The notes beneath the pieces were generated by a model. That model saw only the letters and a list, made by a program, of their open reading frames with translations. It made no database searches and was not told the DNA's origin. A stretch of 63,224 bases of DNA, the filler included, from Craspedostauros australis (lineage: Eukaryota): the NCBI GenBank assembly GCA_030167865.1. It is 14 parts of 14 records of this genome, joined end to end, with 100 filler letters (N's around TTAATTAATTAA, not from the genome) between each part and the next. Parts side by side here need not be neighbours in the genome. Positions count along the whole stretch, not along the records: positions 23,130 to 29,403 come from JALAGF010001232.1; positions 29,504 to 34,076 come from JALAGF010001233.1; positions 34,177 to 35,278 come from JALAGF010001234.1; positions 35,379 to 51,763 come from JALAGF010001236.1; 10 more parts are not named here. One strand, written 5' to 3'. This document shows, piece after piece, positions 23,213-35,495 of this stretch. Position numbers and translations under genes: made by a program. How positions within the stretch are numbered: position 1 is the first letter of the stretch; each line of letters starts with the position of its first letter.

Positions 23213-24863
23213 CGCATCTCCTTGGTTGCAGCCTTGGTCGGTCCATCGAGTACCTTCGTCAGCTCTCTGACAGGGTTGGCGATGTCGGGACGCGAATGCT
23301 TGATTAGGAAAAGAAGCATTCCCACTCCCTTGCGATAGTCAGCATGCTCTGCCGCATCTACCTTCTGCAATCCGTTCTCTTCGGATGGGCGAACGATGCT
23401 CTGGCTTGGCGTCCCTGGCGTCGCGTAGCGCTGCATCTTCTCCACCTCTGCACCAAACTCGGTGATCAGGTTTCGGATCAGATGTGGCTGGCATAGGACG
23501 GCTCCCGTCTTGTCTGCGTTGAGCTGGATGTTGCAGCTGAGATAGTCACCCAAACCCTTCTCGACGGTGACCTTGAACTTGCTCTTCTGGATGTCGATCA
23601 TGAATTGCTCGAGTGCCTTCTGATGTCCACAGCAGAAGCAGTCGTCAACGTAGATCGCCACGATGACTGTTTCGTTCTTCGTCTTGCGATGGAAGAGACA
23701 CGGATCTGCCGCGCTCTGGTCGAATCGCATTCCCTTCAGCGTTGATACCAGCATCTTGAACCATTGGCGTGCGCTCTGGACCAGCCCGTAGATTGGCTTG
23801 TGTAGCAGCAGCGCCTCATCCGGTGTGCTGTCCATTCTGCTTGGACAATTCATGTACACCTCTTCTTCGAGATCACCATACAAGAATGCCGCGACGACGT
23901 CCACGAGTGCGCAGTCCATCTTCTGCAGCATCATGATCACCATCATCACACGGTACGTGACGTCGTGGATGACAGGCGAGTGGTGTTCTTGGTAGTCCAC
24001 TCCTGCAATCTGCGAGTAGCCACACGCCACCAGACGCGCTCGATAGGTTCCATTGCGCTTTAATTTAAACACCCATTTGCACTTGCAGCATCTGCGGTCN
24101 NNNNNNNNNNNNNNNNNNNNNNNNNNNNNNNNNNNNNNNNNNNNNNNNNNNNNNNNNAACTCCTTTGCGATGGCAGCTCTGTAGCCCTTCCGGTGTGTTG
24201 CATTCGGATGGTTGAATGCTTGGTCGAAGGTTGATGGCTCGATGTGCGTCGGCGTCTCTCCTGTCTCATCTTGCGTGGTTGCGCAGATCTCTATCTTGAA
24301 ATCGTCGGTGCTGATTGCGTTGTTACCGAATAGAGCATCGGTAACTGCGTTGGTGATGTCTGATGGAGGAGAATCGCTGTCTTCGTCGTCCGTAGCTTCG
24401 TTGTTCTCCTCATTCTCGTCGGTGGTGTCGCCATTGGTTTCGTCATCGTCGTTGGTCTCCTTGCTGCTGTCCTGATCGTGGTCTGTGTTGCTCTTGTCGT
24501 CGTCGGTGTCGCTTCCCCTATTGAAGACGGATAGGTTGGTAGTGAACCGCTTGCCTTCATGCTTCTCTTTCTTTCCTGGCTTGTTGTAGTTCGCAAGGTT
24601 GCGCAATTCGCTCTTTCCTTTCACGTTGGACGGCAGCGACGCACGCGACTTCGCATTCGTTTTTGCTTGATGCTTGCTTCGCTCGATGTATCGCTGTTGT
24701 CGTTCGCTGCGAGCGGTATCGCGCTTGCTTGGTCGTCTTGGGGGATCAGCAGTCGTGGTGCGACTGGCTTTCGGGTCATCGTTCGCTTCGTGCGAACGCT
24801 TGCGTGATGTTGGCGGAGTGCGGAGGATGCTTGGCGGGGCACTCGGTGGGGCGACATCTTCAA
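23213..24863 (-). mobile_element. Ty1/copia element A: integrase-RT linker and reverse transcriptase, interrupted at both ends
   Basis: CKWVFKLKRNGTYRARLVACGYSQ, VDVVAAFLYGDLEEEVYM, IYGLVQSARQW, YVDD and SRPDIANPVRELTK motifs. Confidence 0.92.
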
Positions 24864-25152
24864 TGTCGGTTCTGCACACGTCGCAGCTGTTCAGTAGGTC
24901 CATCCGCAGAGCAGTACTTGATCCACAGGTATGGATATGCTTCAAGATGCCTGCAGGGTTTGCAAGATGGTTAGCTGAACAGGTGGCGCGGTTGCATGAG
25001 CTGGAGGGTTAGCAGGGCATGGATTGTGGTTCAACTATACACCATGCGCGCGGTAGCCTTTCATGGCAGTATCGGGTTCGGATACCGGGTACCGTGTACG
25101 CAACGTGGACGATTGAGTCCCGAGTGGATCCCGGATCAAGTCTGTCCCAACT
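24864..25152 (-). repeat. Probable 3' LTR of copia B (289 bp, AGTTGG...CCGACA)
   Basis: Begins right after the polypurine tract GAGAGGGAG (25153-25161, minus strand). The ends form an imperfect inverted repeat, and copia A linker-type coding sequence resumes immediately after the CA. Confidence 0.55.
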
Positions 25153-25234
25153 CTCCCTCTCGGCGTAGTGCGAAGCATGTCCCTGGAGTAAAAACCTCCA
25201 TCGTTCGATCAACAGTTCACAATTTGTGATGCCA

Positions 25235-28200
25235 TCACCACCCCATGAGCATGCGGCGCAGATGCTCAAACGCGTCCCGCGCGAGTCCTTTGGTGAAGAT
25301 GTCGGCAATTTGGTGGGGTGTCGGCACGTGAAGGATCCGGATGAAACCCTCCTTGACCCAGTGCCAGAAGAAGTGCCACTTGGTTAGGAAATGCTTGGTT
25401 CGTGCCGTGACCTTGTGNTTCGTTGCCAGTGAGATACACGCCTCGTTATCCTCAAACACGGTGCACTGGATGTTGGTTTGCAGCGATTGGTTGAGGCTGG
25501 TTGATGCTTTCACCTTGTTGATGAGTTGCTGCATCGGGATGAGGGCGCGCATAGCAAGGGACAGCGCGGCGTACTCCGATTCCATAGTGGACAAGGCGAT
25601 TTCCGTCCGCAGCTTCGACTTCCACACGAGTGGACAGCCGCCGAGGATGATGACATACCCTGTGCGGAAGCGTACTGCATTTGGAGAGTCGTCGGTCTCG
25701 CGCTTGTACAGACCTGCGAAATCGGCATCAACGTAGCATTCCAGGTTGAGTTGACCCGTCGGACGCACGATGGTTCCCATGGTGTTTGTGTGGCGAAGGT
25801 AGCGCACTATCATCTTGATTGCCTTTGCATGTGGCTGGCGAGGGTTGTTGCTGAACCGCGCCACTTGGGAGACGGCGAAAGCCAGGTCGGGGCGTGTATT
25901 CGTAGTCAAGTAGAGTAGCATGCCAACGACGGAGCGATAGTTCCATGCCTCCTTCATCGGGGGTTGATCATTTGATGCTCCAAGGGCAAGTTGTTTTGTG
26001 GGTGTCACGTTGGGTTTGCAGTTCTGCATGCCTGTAGCTTCGATGATCTTGTTGATGAGGCCGGTTTGTTTGAGGTGGATGGTGTTGTTCTTGGGATTTC
26101 TGTGTAGCGATATTCCCAGAAATTCCGTGAAGGTGCCTTCTCGTGTGAGATCAAATCCGCGCTTGCGCATGGACTCAATGAATGCGTCTGCTTCTTCTTC
26201 CGTGCGCGAAGCAATGCCGGCATCATCCACATAGAGGACGATCATCATCCCATCGCGCATGAACAGGCACCGTTCTTGATCACACGCGTGAAATCCTTCC
26301 GCGAGGAGAGCACGCACAAGGTGTTGGTACCATAGCTTGGGAGCTATAGTTCACCCGTAGAGGCTTTTGATCAGCTTGAGGCATGTATCGGGCCCGTTGG
26401 TTGATCGGAATCCGCGTGGAAGGTGTAGGTATACCGGACGATGGATGTCGGCTTGTACGAACGCGTTTGAGAAATCGATTGATGTCGTGACCCAGCGAAG
26501 CAAGATGGAGAGGATGAGGAAGACGCGAACAGAGGACCAGGCAACGACCGGGGCGTAAGTTGCTTCCGTCTCGGTCATCATGTCGCCTCTGCAGCACCAC
26601 CGTCCCTTGTACTTCTTTACCGTGCCGTCGGGCATCCGCTTGCGCCGAAACACCCACGTGCCAGGGAAGATGCGATCAGTAGTGGTGGATTTTGGCACCT
26701 CAATCCAAGTTCCCTTTTTGGTAAGGTCATGAATTTCTTTGTGTGCGGCTGCCATCCATTCTTGTTTGTTGTTGTCGTTCATCGCCTCGCTGAAGGAGAG
26801 GGTGTCGGGGTCGGTCTTGGATGCTTTGTAGCTGACGTGCCGATTCGAGATGCTGAGATCGCCCCCGGTTGTGAAGAAGTTTAGCAAATCGTACATGATG
26901 AAGGCGCGGTGGTCGTCGGTGTGGTCGTCACCATCGTGCTCAAGGGTTGCTGCCATCGCGTAGTGTTCGTCGGATTCGTCATTTTCATGTTGTCGTGGAT
27001 AGTGAGTGCTGTTTGTCGGAGCTGAAGCACGGTGTTCGGCCGGTTCGAATTCGCTTGGCGGAGCCACTATTGTCGGTGGCACCTCCGGCGCGACGCCGAG
27101 TTGGATGTGTAGGTGCAGTATGCCGATTTCAAAACGCTCGTCGTGCGTAATGAGGTGCCAGGCGAAACCCGCTCGTCGCATGAAGTCCTGCACCCGTTCG
27201 TCTTCGTCCGGTGGTCGTAGGCCATTTTCCATAGCGGCGATGGCCCGTTCCAGGGTGTATCGCTGACCTTGCGTTCTTGGTATGAAACCGAAGTATGAGA
27301 CGGGGAGGTGGTATTCACCTGTTTCAAGCATCTCTTCGACGGCATCGACGAATCGGCGAATGGCGTAGTAAACGCACTGGCTCCTTGCGGCTTCCGTTGG
27401 GAATCGAAATTGCACCACATGGTCGAAGTAATGGCCGATGTGTCGAGTGATGTTGACGTGGTGTGGCCAAAGGTGGCCGATGTCGATGGGGCGCATTGTG
27501 GTGCCTGGAAGTGGATCGTCGTCCTCCGAGGACGAGTCGGAGTGGTTGCTCATCATGAGGATGTGGTGCTCGTTGGTTGACGTTCCTCCGCTTGCTGCCG
27601 CCTCTTCTTGTTCCTTGCGCATCCTGGCTCGGATTTCGAGTTGTTGGATGCGAAGTATCCTTTCCATCTCGAGGTCGCCCTGCGCCCAACGCCGTTCTTC
27701 CCGGGTCAATTCTGTGGTGTCGATTGTCGCTAGACCTCGGAGCATGGAGTCAGTGTCGCGCACCAGAGCGTTGGCCTTCTGTGTTACTGCGCCATCTTGA
27801 TGAGTAGCGTACTGCCTGAGTGTCGCACGACAGGTCTGGAGAGTGTGCTTCATGTTTTCCACGGCTTGGTCTTTGCTGGGTTCACTCGTCGCGATGGTGG
27901 TTACGTTTGCGCTGGTTTCGGATGGTTGTGTGATGTCGTCGGCCCAAACCACTTTTCCGCCCAAGGTGTCGTAGGTGAGGCGCTCAACGGTCCGTCGTTC
28001 TCGTGGCGTGCGCTTGTTGATGCGTTCAGAGCGGCGCAGTGGAGGTGGCTTTACCGTCTTCGTCGTGGGTTGCTCTGTCGGTGCGGTGATGGGTTTGCGC
28101 AGCGGTGAAGTCGGAGGAGAGTCGATTGGTGGTTGTACGTCGTCGTCACTGTTGTCGTTGACAACTCCCTCCGTTGGCGGCAACGGTTCAGCATGACTTG

Positions 28201-29403
28201 CTGGACCTTCTCCGGCTCCCTCTGTCGACGACATTGGTGGCGTCGGCTTATTTGCATCGATGGTTGTTGGCGAGCGGCTGATTTGCTGAGGTGGTTGCAC
28301 TTGGTCGATTGGGGTGGCATCGGTTTTCGTGTGTGGTGTCACGGGTTGCCTCAAAATGTGAGTTGGTGAATTTTGTTCACTCACAATCGGGGTTCTTGTG
28401 TTTTGCGTTTTTGGCAACAGCTGCGGTGGCGGATCATCATCGTGTGAGGGGAGGAATCGTTGATGGTCGGCTTCATCCTCTTGCTCGATGTCCCGCTCTT
28501 CCATGGCAATGATGTTGTCGTCATCGAACGGTATTTGATATGTGGTATCACCGAACATGTGCGTCCATTCCGTCGAGTTGTAGTCTGGGAGATCAGCCAG
28601 ATTAGTCGCTATTGTCGCAAACCAATCGTCAAATACAACGTGGAACTGTGGTGTGATCGATCCTGTCCTCGGCGAGAGGACCAGTGGAACTGTGGACGCG
28701 TGACGCGGGGAGAGTCCCGTGTTCACATAGCGCTCCCCGCGTGGTTCCCATCTTGGTATCTTGCGACCGTCGCCGAGCGCCTTGTTCAGGACGTAGACGG
28801 GGCTGCCCCACACATGTAGGTTGTGCAGTTGTTTCAGGGGCATGCGCGTGCGCGAGAGAATGTCCAGAGGTGTGAGTCCTGTTGCTGCACTTGGTACGCG
28901 GTTGTGTACGTAAGCGGCATGGACGACGGCCATGGGCCAGTGTTGGGCATCGAACATCGTAGGCCAATGAATGCTTTGATACATCATCATTGTTCGTGCC
29001 ATAGAGATGATTGTGCGGATGCTGCGCTCGGCCACTCCGTTGTGATGGTGAGCGCCGACTCCAGCAAAGCGGTGCACTTGATGAAACCGTTTGAGGTGTT
29101 TGGTGTAATCTGGCGATGTAAAGGTGGTGGCGTTGTCCGAGAGGTACGAGCGCACGGGCACACCCACATCGCGGCACATGGACTCGAAGCGTTCCTTGGC
29201 TTCCAACGTAGCGTGGGTCGTGAGGGATGCGACTGGCTCCACGTGTATGTAGCCAGATGCGTGGTCCACAAACATTGCNCCACCCTTGTACATCTCCGAC
29301 GCATCGGACTTGCCTCTTCCTGTGAAGAGGCGGCCCAAGGTGCGTCCCACGAAGTGGTCCACGGAGACTTGCTGACCCGGGAAGAGGTGATCCGTTTTGA
29401 TCA
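25235..29403 (-). mobile_element. Ty1/copia element B pol (integrase - long insert - RT - RNase H), 5'-partial, one in-frame TGA at 26351-26353
   Basis: Integrase VSVDHF/LSDN/NGVAER. RT WVFRRKR, IDFSNAFVQA, SLYG, YVDD. RNase H YVDADFAG, STMESEY, EDNEAC, ADIFTK. The two listed ORFs are in the same frame: LYG*TIAPKLWY. Confidence 0.95.
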
Positions 29404-31330
29404 NNNNNNNNNNNNNNNNNNNNNNNNNNNNNNNNNNNNNNNNNNNNTTAATTAATTAANNNNNNNNNNNNNNNNNNNNNNNNNNNNNNNNNNNNNNNNN
29501 NNNAATCCTGACGTCTTACCTAAGTGGTTCCTCTCATCCATATATATCTGGTCTTGCTCCTCTGCTGACGTTCATGCTCTGCTCCTCGTGTTCCCACTGA
29601 CGTTAGATTCCTCTCGATCGGTAGATTATTTGTTTCTGAAGATTCCGAGATTCTTTCGTCATATTCGAGGATTCTGCTGNNNNNNNNNNNNNNNNNNNNN
29701 NNNNNNNNNNNNNNNNGAGAAGGAGTTCTGGACAAACAAATATGTGTGAGCAGTCATTTGCGCAACTGTGACCCCTACCGGGTCATACACGAATCTGAAT
29801 ATTCGTCATGTTCCAACAGAACAGGCCAAGACAGTTGTCTTTGTGGAAGGGTGCGGACACAATCCTCCTACAGCGCCGAGCTGCGATGCCACAAAGGATC
29901 CAAGAGCGAACCAACTGTTCCTGCACAGCGTGCGTAGCATGGGAACACGCCAAAACTGCACAGAGGAGGCAGGGTGTGATGTCTCCATGTTCCCTGGCCT
30001 GACAGGAAGCCTGCGGCTCTCCGCCGGTCCGCGTTTCGTGGCTGCTTTTCCGCAAGTCCAGCGACAGCTAACAATGTCGGCCGTTACTTGATGGTCAGTT
30101 GTGCCCTCCGAGCAGATCTTCTTCACGTCATGTTTCCCCAAGGAACGGCTGCGCCAGAGTCCCTCCATGCAGCGAAATACTTCTTGCGAGCCGTCTTGGG
30201 TCGGTTCCAACTGTAGCCATGGCATTATACTCGTACCAGTACACTCGTACTTGCTCGGCTTATCCTATTCTATTATTTCTTCAAGCACGATGCTCATCCA
30301 TAGACTTCTCTCACACGCTCTTCTAAGGGAGCACCACGCTGCGCCGCACCGAGTTGATCGGTAAATCGTGTACGACGCTTCTGTCGAAATCGTGAGGGAA
30401 GCAACAGGACGATGAATCAACAGAATTGTTGTTTCCTTTCACGGTTTTGGCTACCAGCGAAATGACCACTCAGTCACGTTTACAGATTGAGTCATGACCC
30501 CTCATTTCTTTTGTGTCTTCCTTGTCCCTGTCATGACACTTCACCTTCGACACAATCGATTCATTGTGACGTCACGCTATCAACGAATTCGCGCTCAAAT
30601 CGGAGATGCAAAAATGATCACAACAAAATGCCGTCGTCAACCAAAATTCGAATGGCGTTGCACCGAACTGAATTGGAACAACAGACGAAGAAGGCAAGCA
30701 ATACGACAGCAGCAGCAAGCGCTGGTTCTGTCTCGACATCCGGACGTAGACACACACACGCACGCACACACATGCGCATACACATGTACATGCACATGCA
30801 CATGTGCCGAGACATCACGAAGAGAATGCAGAGCTTTCATGATTGCTTACGACATGTGCGAGTATGTATGGATAATACCATTGATTTCTGAATTCATGTT
30901 GGTACTATTGTCCGTTCGGGCTCTGCAGTCTTCACAGCCATAGCCGTGTTGCTGCCTACTCGCCTGAGTTGTATGTGTCCGTTCATAGGTCATGGTCGTA
31001 TGGGCAAGTTGGAGTGCACGGTCGTGTCGTACGGAAGCAAAGTATTCACCGAAGTGAGGCCGCCCCGTCAGCGAATCGGGGTATTGATTTCATACTGGTC
31101 CATCCACCCACCCATCCATCCATCCATGAACCCGCGTATCTACGTATCCACCGCCTTCGCAAACCATCGTGGATGCCGAACCATCAAAGTTTGGCATCGG
31201 AAATGCTCCACGTCGCAGTTGATGCAAGTCGGAATGATCCACCCTGATTTGGCGACTCTCGAGTTGGTTGAAGTCTGATAGAGTATGCTCATCGCGTCTC
31301 ATCTCGTCTCACCTCATGGCGTCACTTCGT

Positions 31331-33656
31331 TTACACGTGGACGGAGTCCTCATCTCCTTCCTTCGCCTGCGAGTCGTCTGCATTCTTGTCGGACCCATCG
31401 TCGCCCTCCGAGCTCTCCCCACCAGATTTGACTGTTGCTCCAGTCACACCAGCGGCTGAGGCATTGGCTTGGGAGAAACGATGGGAGATTCGGCGGGACA
31501 CGCGTTCAGCCATCAACGAGCGATCGTTGCAGGCTGCATCGTATTCCTCGTGGCACTGCGAGCGGGGAAAGAGAGTAAGTCGTGACAGGCCGCATGTCAT
31601 AGGGAGCATCGGAGATGCATCGATGGGAGCCGAATGGATGTGCACACACACGCAGACACGCACCCAATGAAGCAAGAAAGCAGGGAGGTCATTTGTGAGA
31701 CGACGAGCACGTATGGTATGCTACCAAATGATGTAGAGTAGAGTACTCTGCATGACTCACATGACATGCAGTAGTCGGCGCAACGCCACACCACACCATA
31801 TCGAACTCACCTGACCCATGAAGGCACAAAACTCCAAAAAGTCAACGGAACCGTTGCCATCTGCATCCATGACTGCCCACAAGGCTTCAAAGTCGCGGCG
31901 GTTGGTCTCAACTGCCTTGCCGGAGCTCAAGAACTCCCACATGCCTTCCTTCGTGATGTTGCCGTCGGCGTTGGAGGACTTGGTATCGATGGCTTGGAAC
32001 TCCTTCGCCAATGCGGCAGCGTCCATGCGCTTGGCTGGGAGGTTGATGCTCATGGTCTGTGCAACACGTGTGGCGAAGACTGCGCGGTATCGCTTGGCCT
32101 GCTGCTTATTGTACCCGCTGACCAAACCAGCGACCACGATGAGAAAGAGAAGGACACCGCCGATGGTGAAGCCGGCGATGATGCCTGCCTTGACCGGAGT
32201 GGTTGGCTCATGGTATGGGTTGGTGGCGCAATTTGGATCGTACTGGAGGAGCAGGAAACGGAGGAGCAGGAAATGGAGGAGAGGAGGTGATGAATATTGT
32301 GTGATAAAATAGAGCGGCGTTCGCATGAAGCAAGTCGAAAAGGGTATTGGTAAGGGCAAGAACGAACATGGTGCAATGGCACATCGAAGAGATTATCTCC
32401 ACACATCGTCTTTGCCCCACACCTAGCACGCTTCCCGTGATTACTTACCTCGCACCACTGCTCCTCAGTCGGAAATGTGCCGGATGCAGATGGGCCGGTC
32501 ATGGGCATCGAGGGACGCGCTTGCACTGGGACAGATGAGGTTTCGTACGCAGCCTTGATCTGATCGACGAACTCTTGCTCCCCCACGCGCTTCTGGTGAC
32601 CGGCTTGGTAGAACATGAGCTTGGAGTTGTTGTAGAATGAGACCACCTCGCGTGCGTTGCTGCATTTGGCATCCAGACAAGTGATCACGCTGACGACGAG
32701 CGTGCCGGGCATTGCGCTGCCTTGTGTAATGACCGTGTTGTTTCCAATCGAGTGGGTAGTGGTGGTCTCTCGCTTCTCCTTCAATTCCCCGAGAAGCACG
32801 AGACTCTGTGTGAGTGGCAACGTGACGATTGTCCCATCAAGCTCAAAGCTTGAGGTGCCGTAGATGTCCAGCGCTTGAGCAATACCTGGGTGGGTACTTT
32901 CGGATGCTGGCTCGAGGACTCGGTAACGATGATTGAAGGTCCTAGTGCCGTCGACGGTGTAGTTATTGAAGACCTTGTAGGGAAAGGATTTCACGGTCAG
33001 TAGACCAAATTCAGGAAGGATCTCGCTGCGGGTCTCCATCGGTTGTCCATCGGGTCCGTACACGAACATGTCGCACATGTAGTATCCAGTGAAGAGAGCC
33101 TAAAGGCGATAATTGTAGTGTAGCATAATAGATAGGAAGGCAGGAAGGAAGACAGGATAGCATTGTGAGCAATATTAGGTGGGATAGATAAGAATTCTCC
33201 GCAGGAGGACGGTGTCGTACCAAGTGAAAGAGATCGATATGATGCACAAGTGGAGGATTCCCTGGTCACCAAAACCCCCATCCTTCAAAGGCAGATACAC
33301 ACTGCACGCGTATGACCTATCATTGAAAGCTCTCTATTGTGCGGTGTGCAGTACCCGCTAGCACCAGAGTACACCGTCATCGTGGACTGCGCCATACCAC
33401 GCAAGAGTCGCGACATGTATGTTTGTGGCCGAGGCTACCAATCACAACGCTAGCGAAGGAACAAGTGGGGACGCACCTTGACCTTGTTCTGCTCAACGAT
33501 ATCGTAGTTGACGTCCGACTTGTAGCGGTTGTCGGACTCGGAGAGACATGGCTCGCGCCACGGATCGCCGCACTTGCCGTGGTCGGCCAAGGCCTTTGCG
33601 CCTATGCTCAACACGAGCGCAAACACCTGAAGGAGGTTGGTTTGGGAGATTTTCAT
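31331..33656 (-). CDS. Single-pass membrane protein with signal peptide, uncharacterised ectodomain and a cytosolic EF-hand pair; complement(join(31331..31555,31811..32242,32449..33099,33477..33656)), 495 aa
   Basis: Three phase-0 GT-AG introns give a continuous frame. Signal MKISQTNLLQVFALVLSIGAKALA, TM GIIAGFTIGGVLLFLIVVAGLV, canonical EF loop DADGNGSVDFLE and a variant loop DTKSSNADGNITKE. The first intron boundaries are the least certain. Confidence 0.8.
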
Positions 33657-34176
33657 GATGCTCGTTTGAGTTGAGCGGTGTTTTTGAAATGGTGTGGTTG
33701 GATTGTGCAAGGCGAAGGTTGTCGACTTGGATCTTTCGAGAAATTGTGAGAAGGAATTGTATTTTCCGAATGAGAGGTGTTCTGGCTCTCGTCTCATCGT
33801 TTCACCGCTTCATTGTTTCATTGCTTCGTCTCTGCACATTCGGACTCGTACTCGTACCTGCGCTCGGACATGCATGAGTGTGTATGAAGATGCACGTCGG
33901 AGCACACGCGGAATACAGATGCAACACAAACCCTGATGCCACCACGTCGCCATTCGTCTCTGTTTCTTGCAGTTGTATCTTCCTTCGTCTCGTCTCGTCT
34001 CGTCACGTCTCGTTCCCCTCATTCTGCCTCGTTGCATCGCACGAGAATATCGAGGTTGATTCCGCCACCTCCCTCCNNNNNNNNNNNNNNNNNNNNNNNN
34101 NNNNNNNNNNNNNNNNNNNNTTAATTAATTAANNNNNNNNNNNNNNNNNNNNNNNNNNNNNNNNNNNNNNNNNNNN

Positions 34177-35278
34177 GCTGTCTGATACAGTAGTCGCAGA
34201 ATCGGCATCCTCCCCCACGAGTGGAAAAGGATAGTCGGCTCTCAAGTTGCGAGTAGAGGCATCATCGGCGGCGCGGATAGCAGACCGAGACAGGAGTTGT
34301 TGTGTCGCATCGTCGAGCACCCAGAATGTGAGGTCGTCGCCCTTGTGGAGACACGGACCAGCCCAGTGGCCGCGGCGCTCCTTGGACTCACTCGGGAAGC
34401 CAGGACGTTCCACACGGTAGTAGACCGGTTGCCACCAGTAGTACGCGAGGTACTTGCTGACATCCGGACGCTGCCCGAAGGCAGCCTGTGACGGGGTCAC
34501 ATTACCACACGTGCGCTGCGCGATGTGATTGAACAAGTCAATGACATACAGCGTGCAGATGAGCCAGAACCGCGACGGGGTACCCGTGCGATCCATGACG
34601 CCGTTGACAGTACGTTTGATGTCCTGTATGCGGCGTTCGGCTCCGTTCTGGTGTTGGTGCTCCGGCTCACTCTGGTGATCCTTGATTGCGTATTGACGCA
34701 GGATGTCCTGCACTTTGAATCCCACCTCTGATTTCGCGTTGTCCGACATTAGTAGATCGGGCGCTCCATGCCGACGAATGAAGTCGAGCAAGGAGTCCGC
34801 GACCTGCCGCTCGGACGCCATCGGGAATCCTGATGTGTACCGAGAGTCGAGCGCAACGAACACCTGGATCATGGTGCAGCCACCATGGCCAGGGACACCG
34901 TCATCATGAGCGGGTGTATCAGAGAAGAAAGTGTCCATCGCGACCGTCTCGTGAAGACGATCGACGTTGGCCGCCGGAAAACGAGTGCGAAAATGCTTGC
35001 GCATCGCGAATCGTTCCGAAGTGCGGTACCACTGGGAAGTGCAACCGAGAGTGTCCTTGATCCGACGAGCAGGGATCCAGCCGAAGTGCGGACGCAGTGC
35101 CTCATAGTCGATGGGCGAGCTGCGAACACGAACGGAACCGGATTTGCCAGCGGACCCGGAATGCGGTACAGTGCCGCGCGCCTCATCCGTCGATGCCGCA
35201 TATACATGCAGGCGATCGAGGTCGGCGAGCGCGGAACCATCATCATCATCGTCCGCGAGAGCGCGGACATCATCAAGA
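34177..35278 (-). mobile_element. Ty1/copia (diatom CoDi-like) integrase fragment, partial at both ends
   Basis: VAMDTFFSD, LMSDNAKSE and HQNGAERRIQD (DDE triad). The frame is open upstream through DYEALRPHFGWIP. Confidence 0.9.
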
Positions 35279-35495
35279 NNNNNNNNNNNNNNNNNNNNNN
35301 NNNNNNNNNNNNNNNNNNNNNNTTAATTAATTAANNNNNNNNNNNNNNNNNNNNNNNNNNNNNNNNNNNNNNNNNNNNCGACTGCGTCGGCGACGCTTTT
35401 CTCCGCCTCCTTTCAACTCCATGTGGAACACATGGAGGGGGTACGGAATCTGAGGTATGTGTATTGGACTCTGTCGGTGTTCTTGCGTGGTATTC

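Noticed and set aside
23194..24945. The listed 583-aa ORF as a complete protein
   Set aside because: Its start lies in the copia B LTR and its stop in LTR C. Only 23213-24863 is copia A coding sequence.
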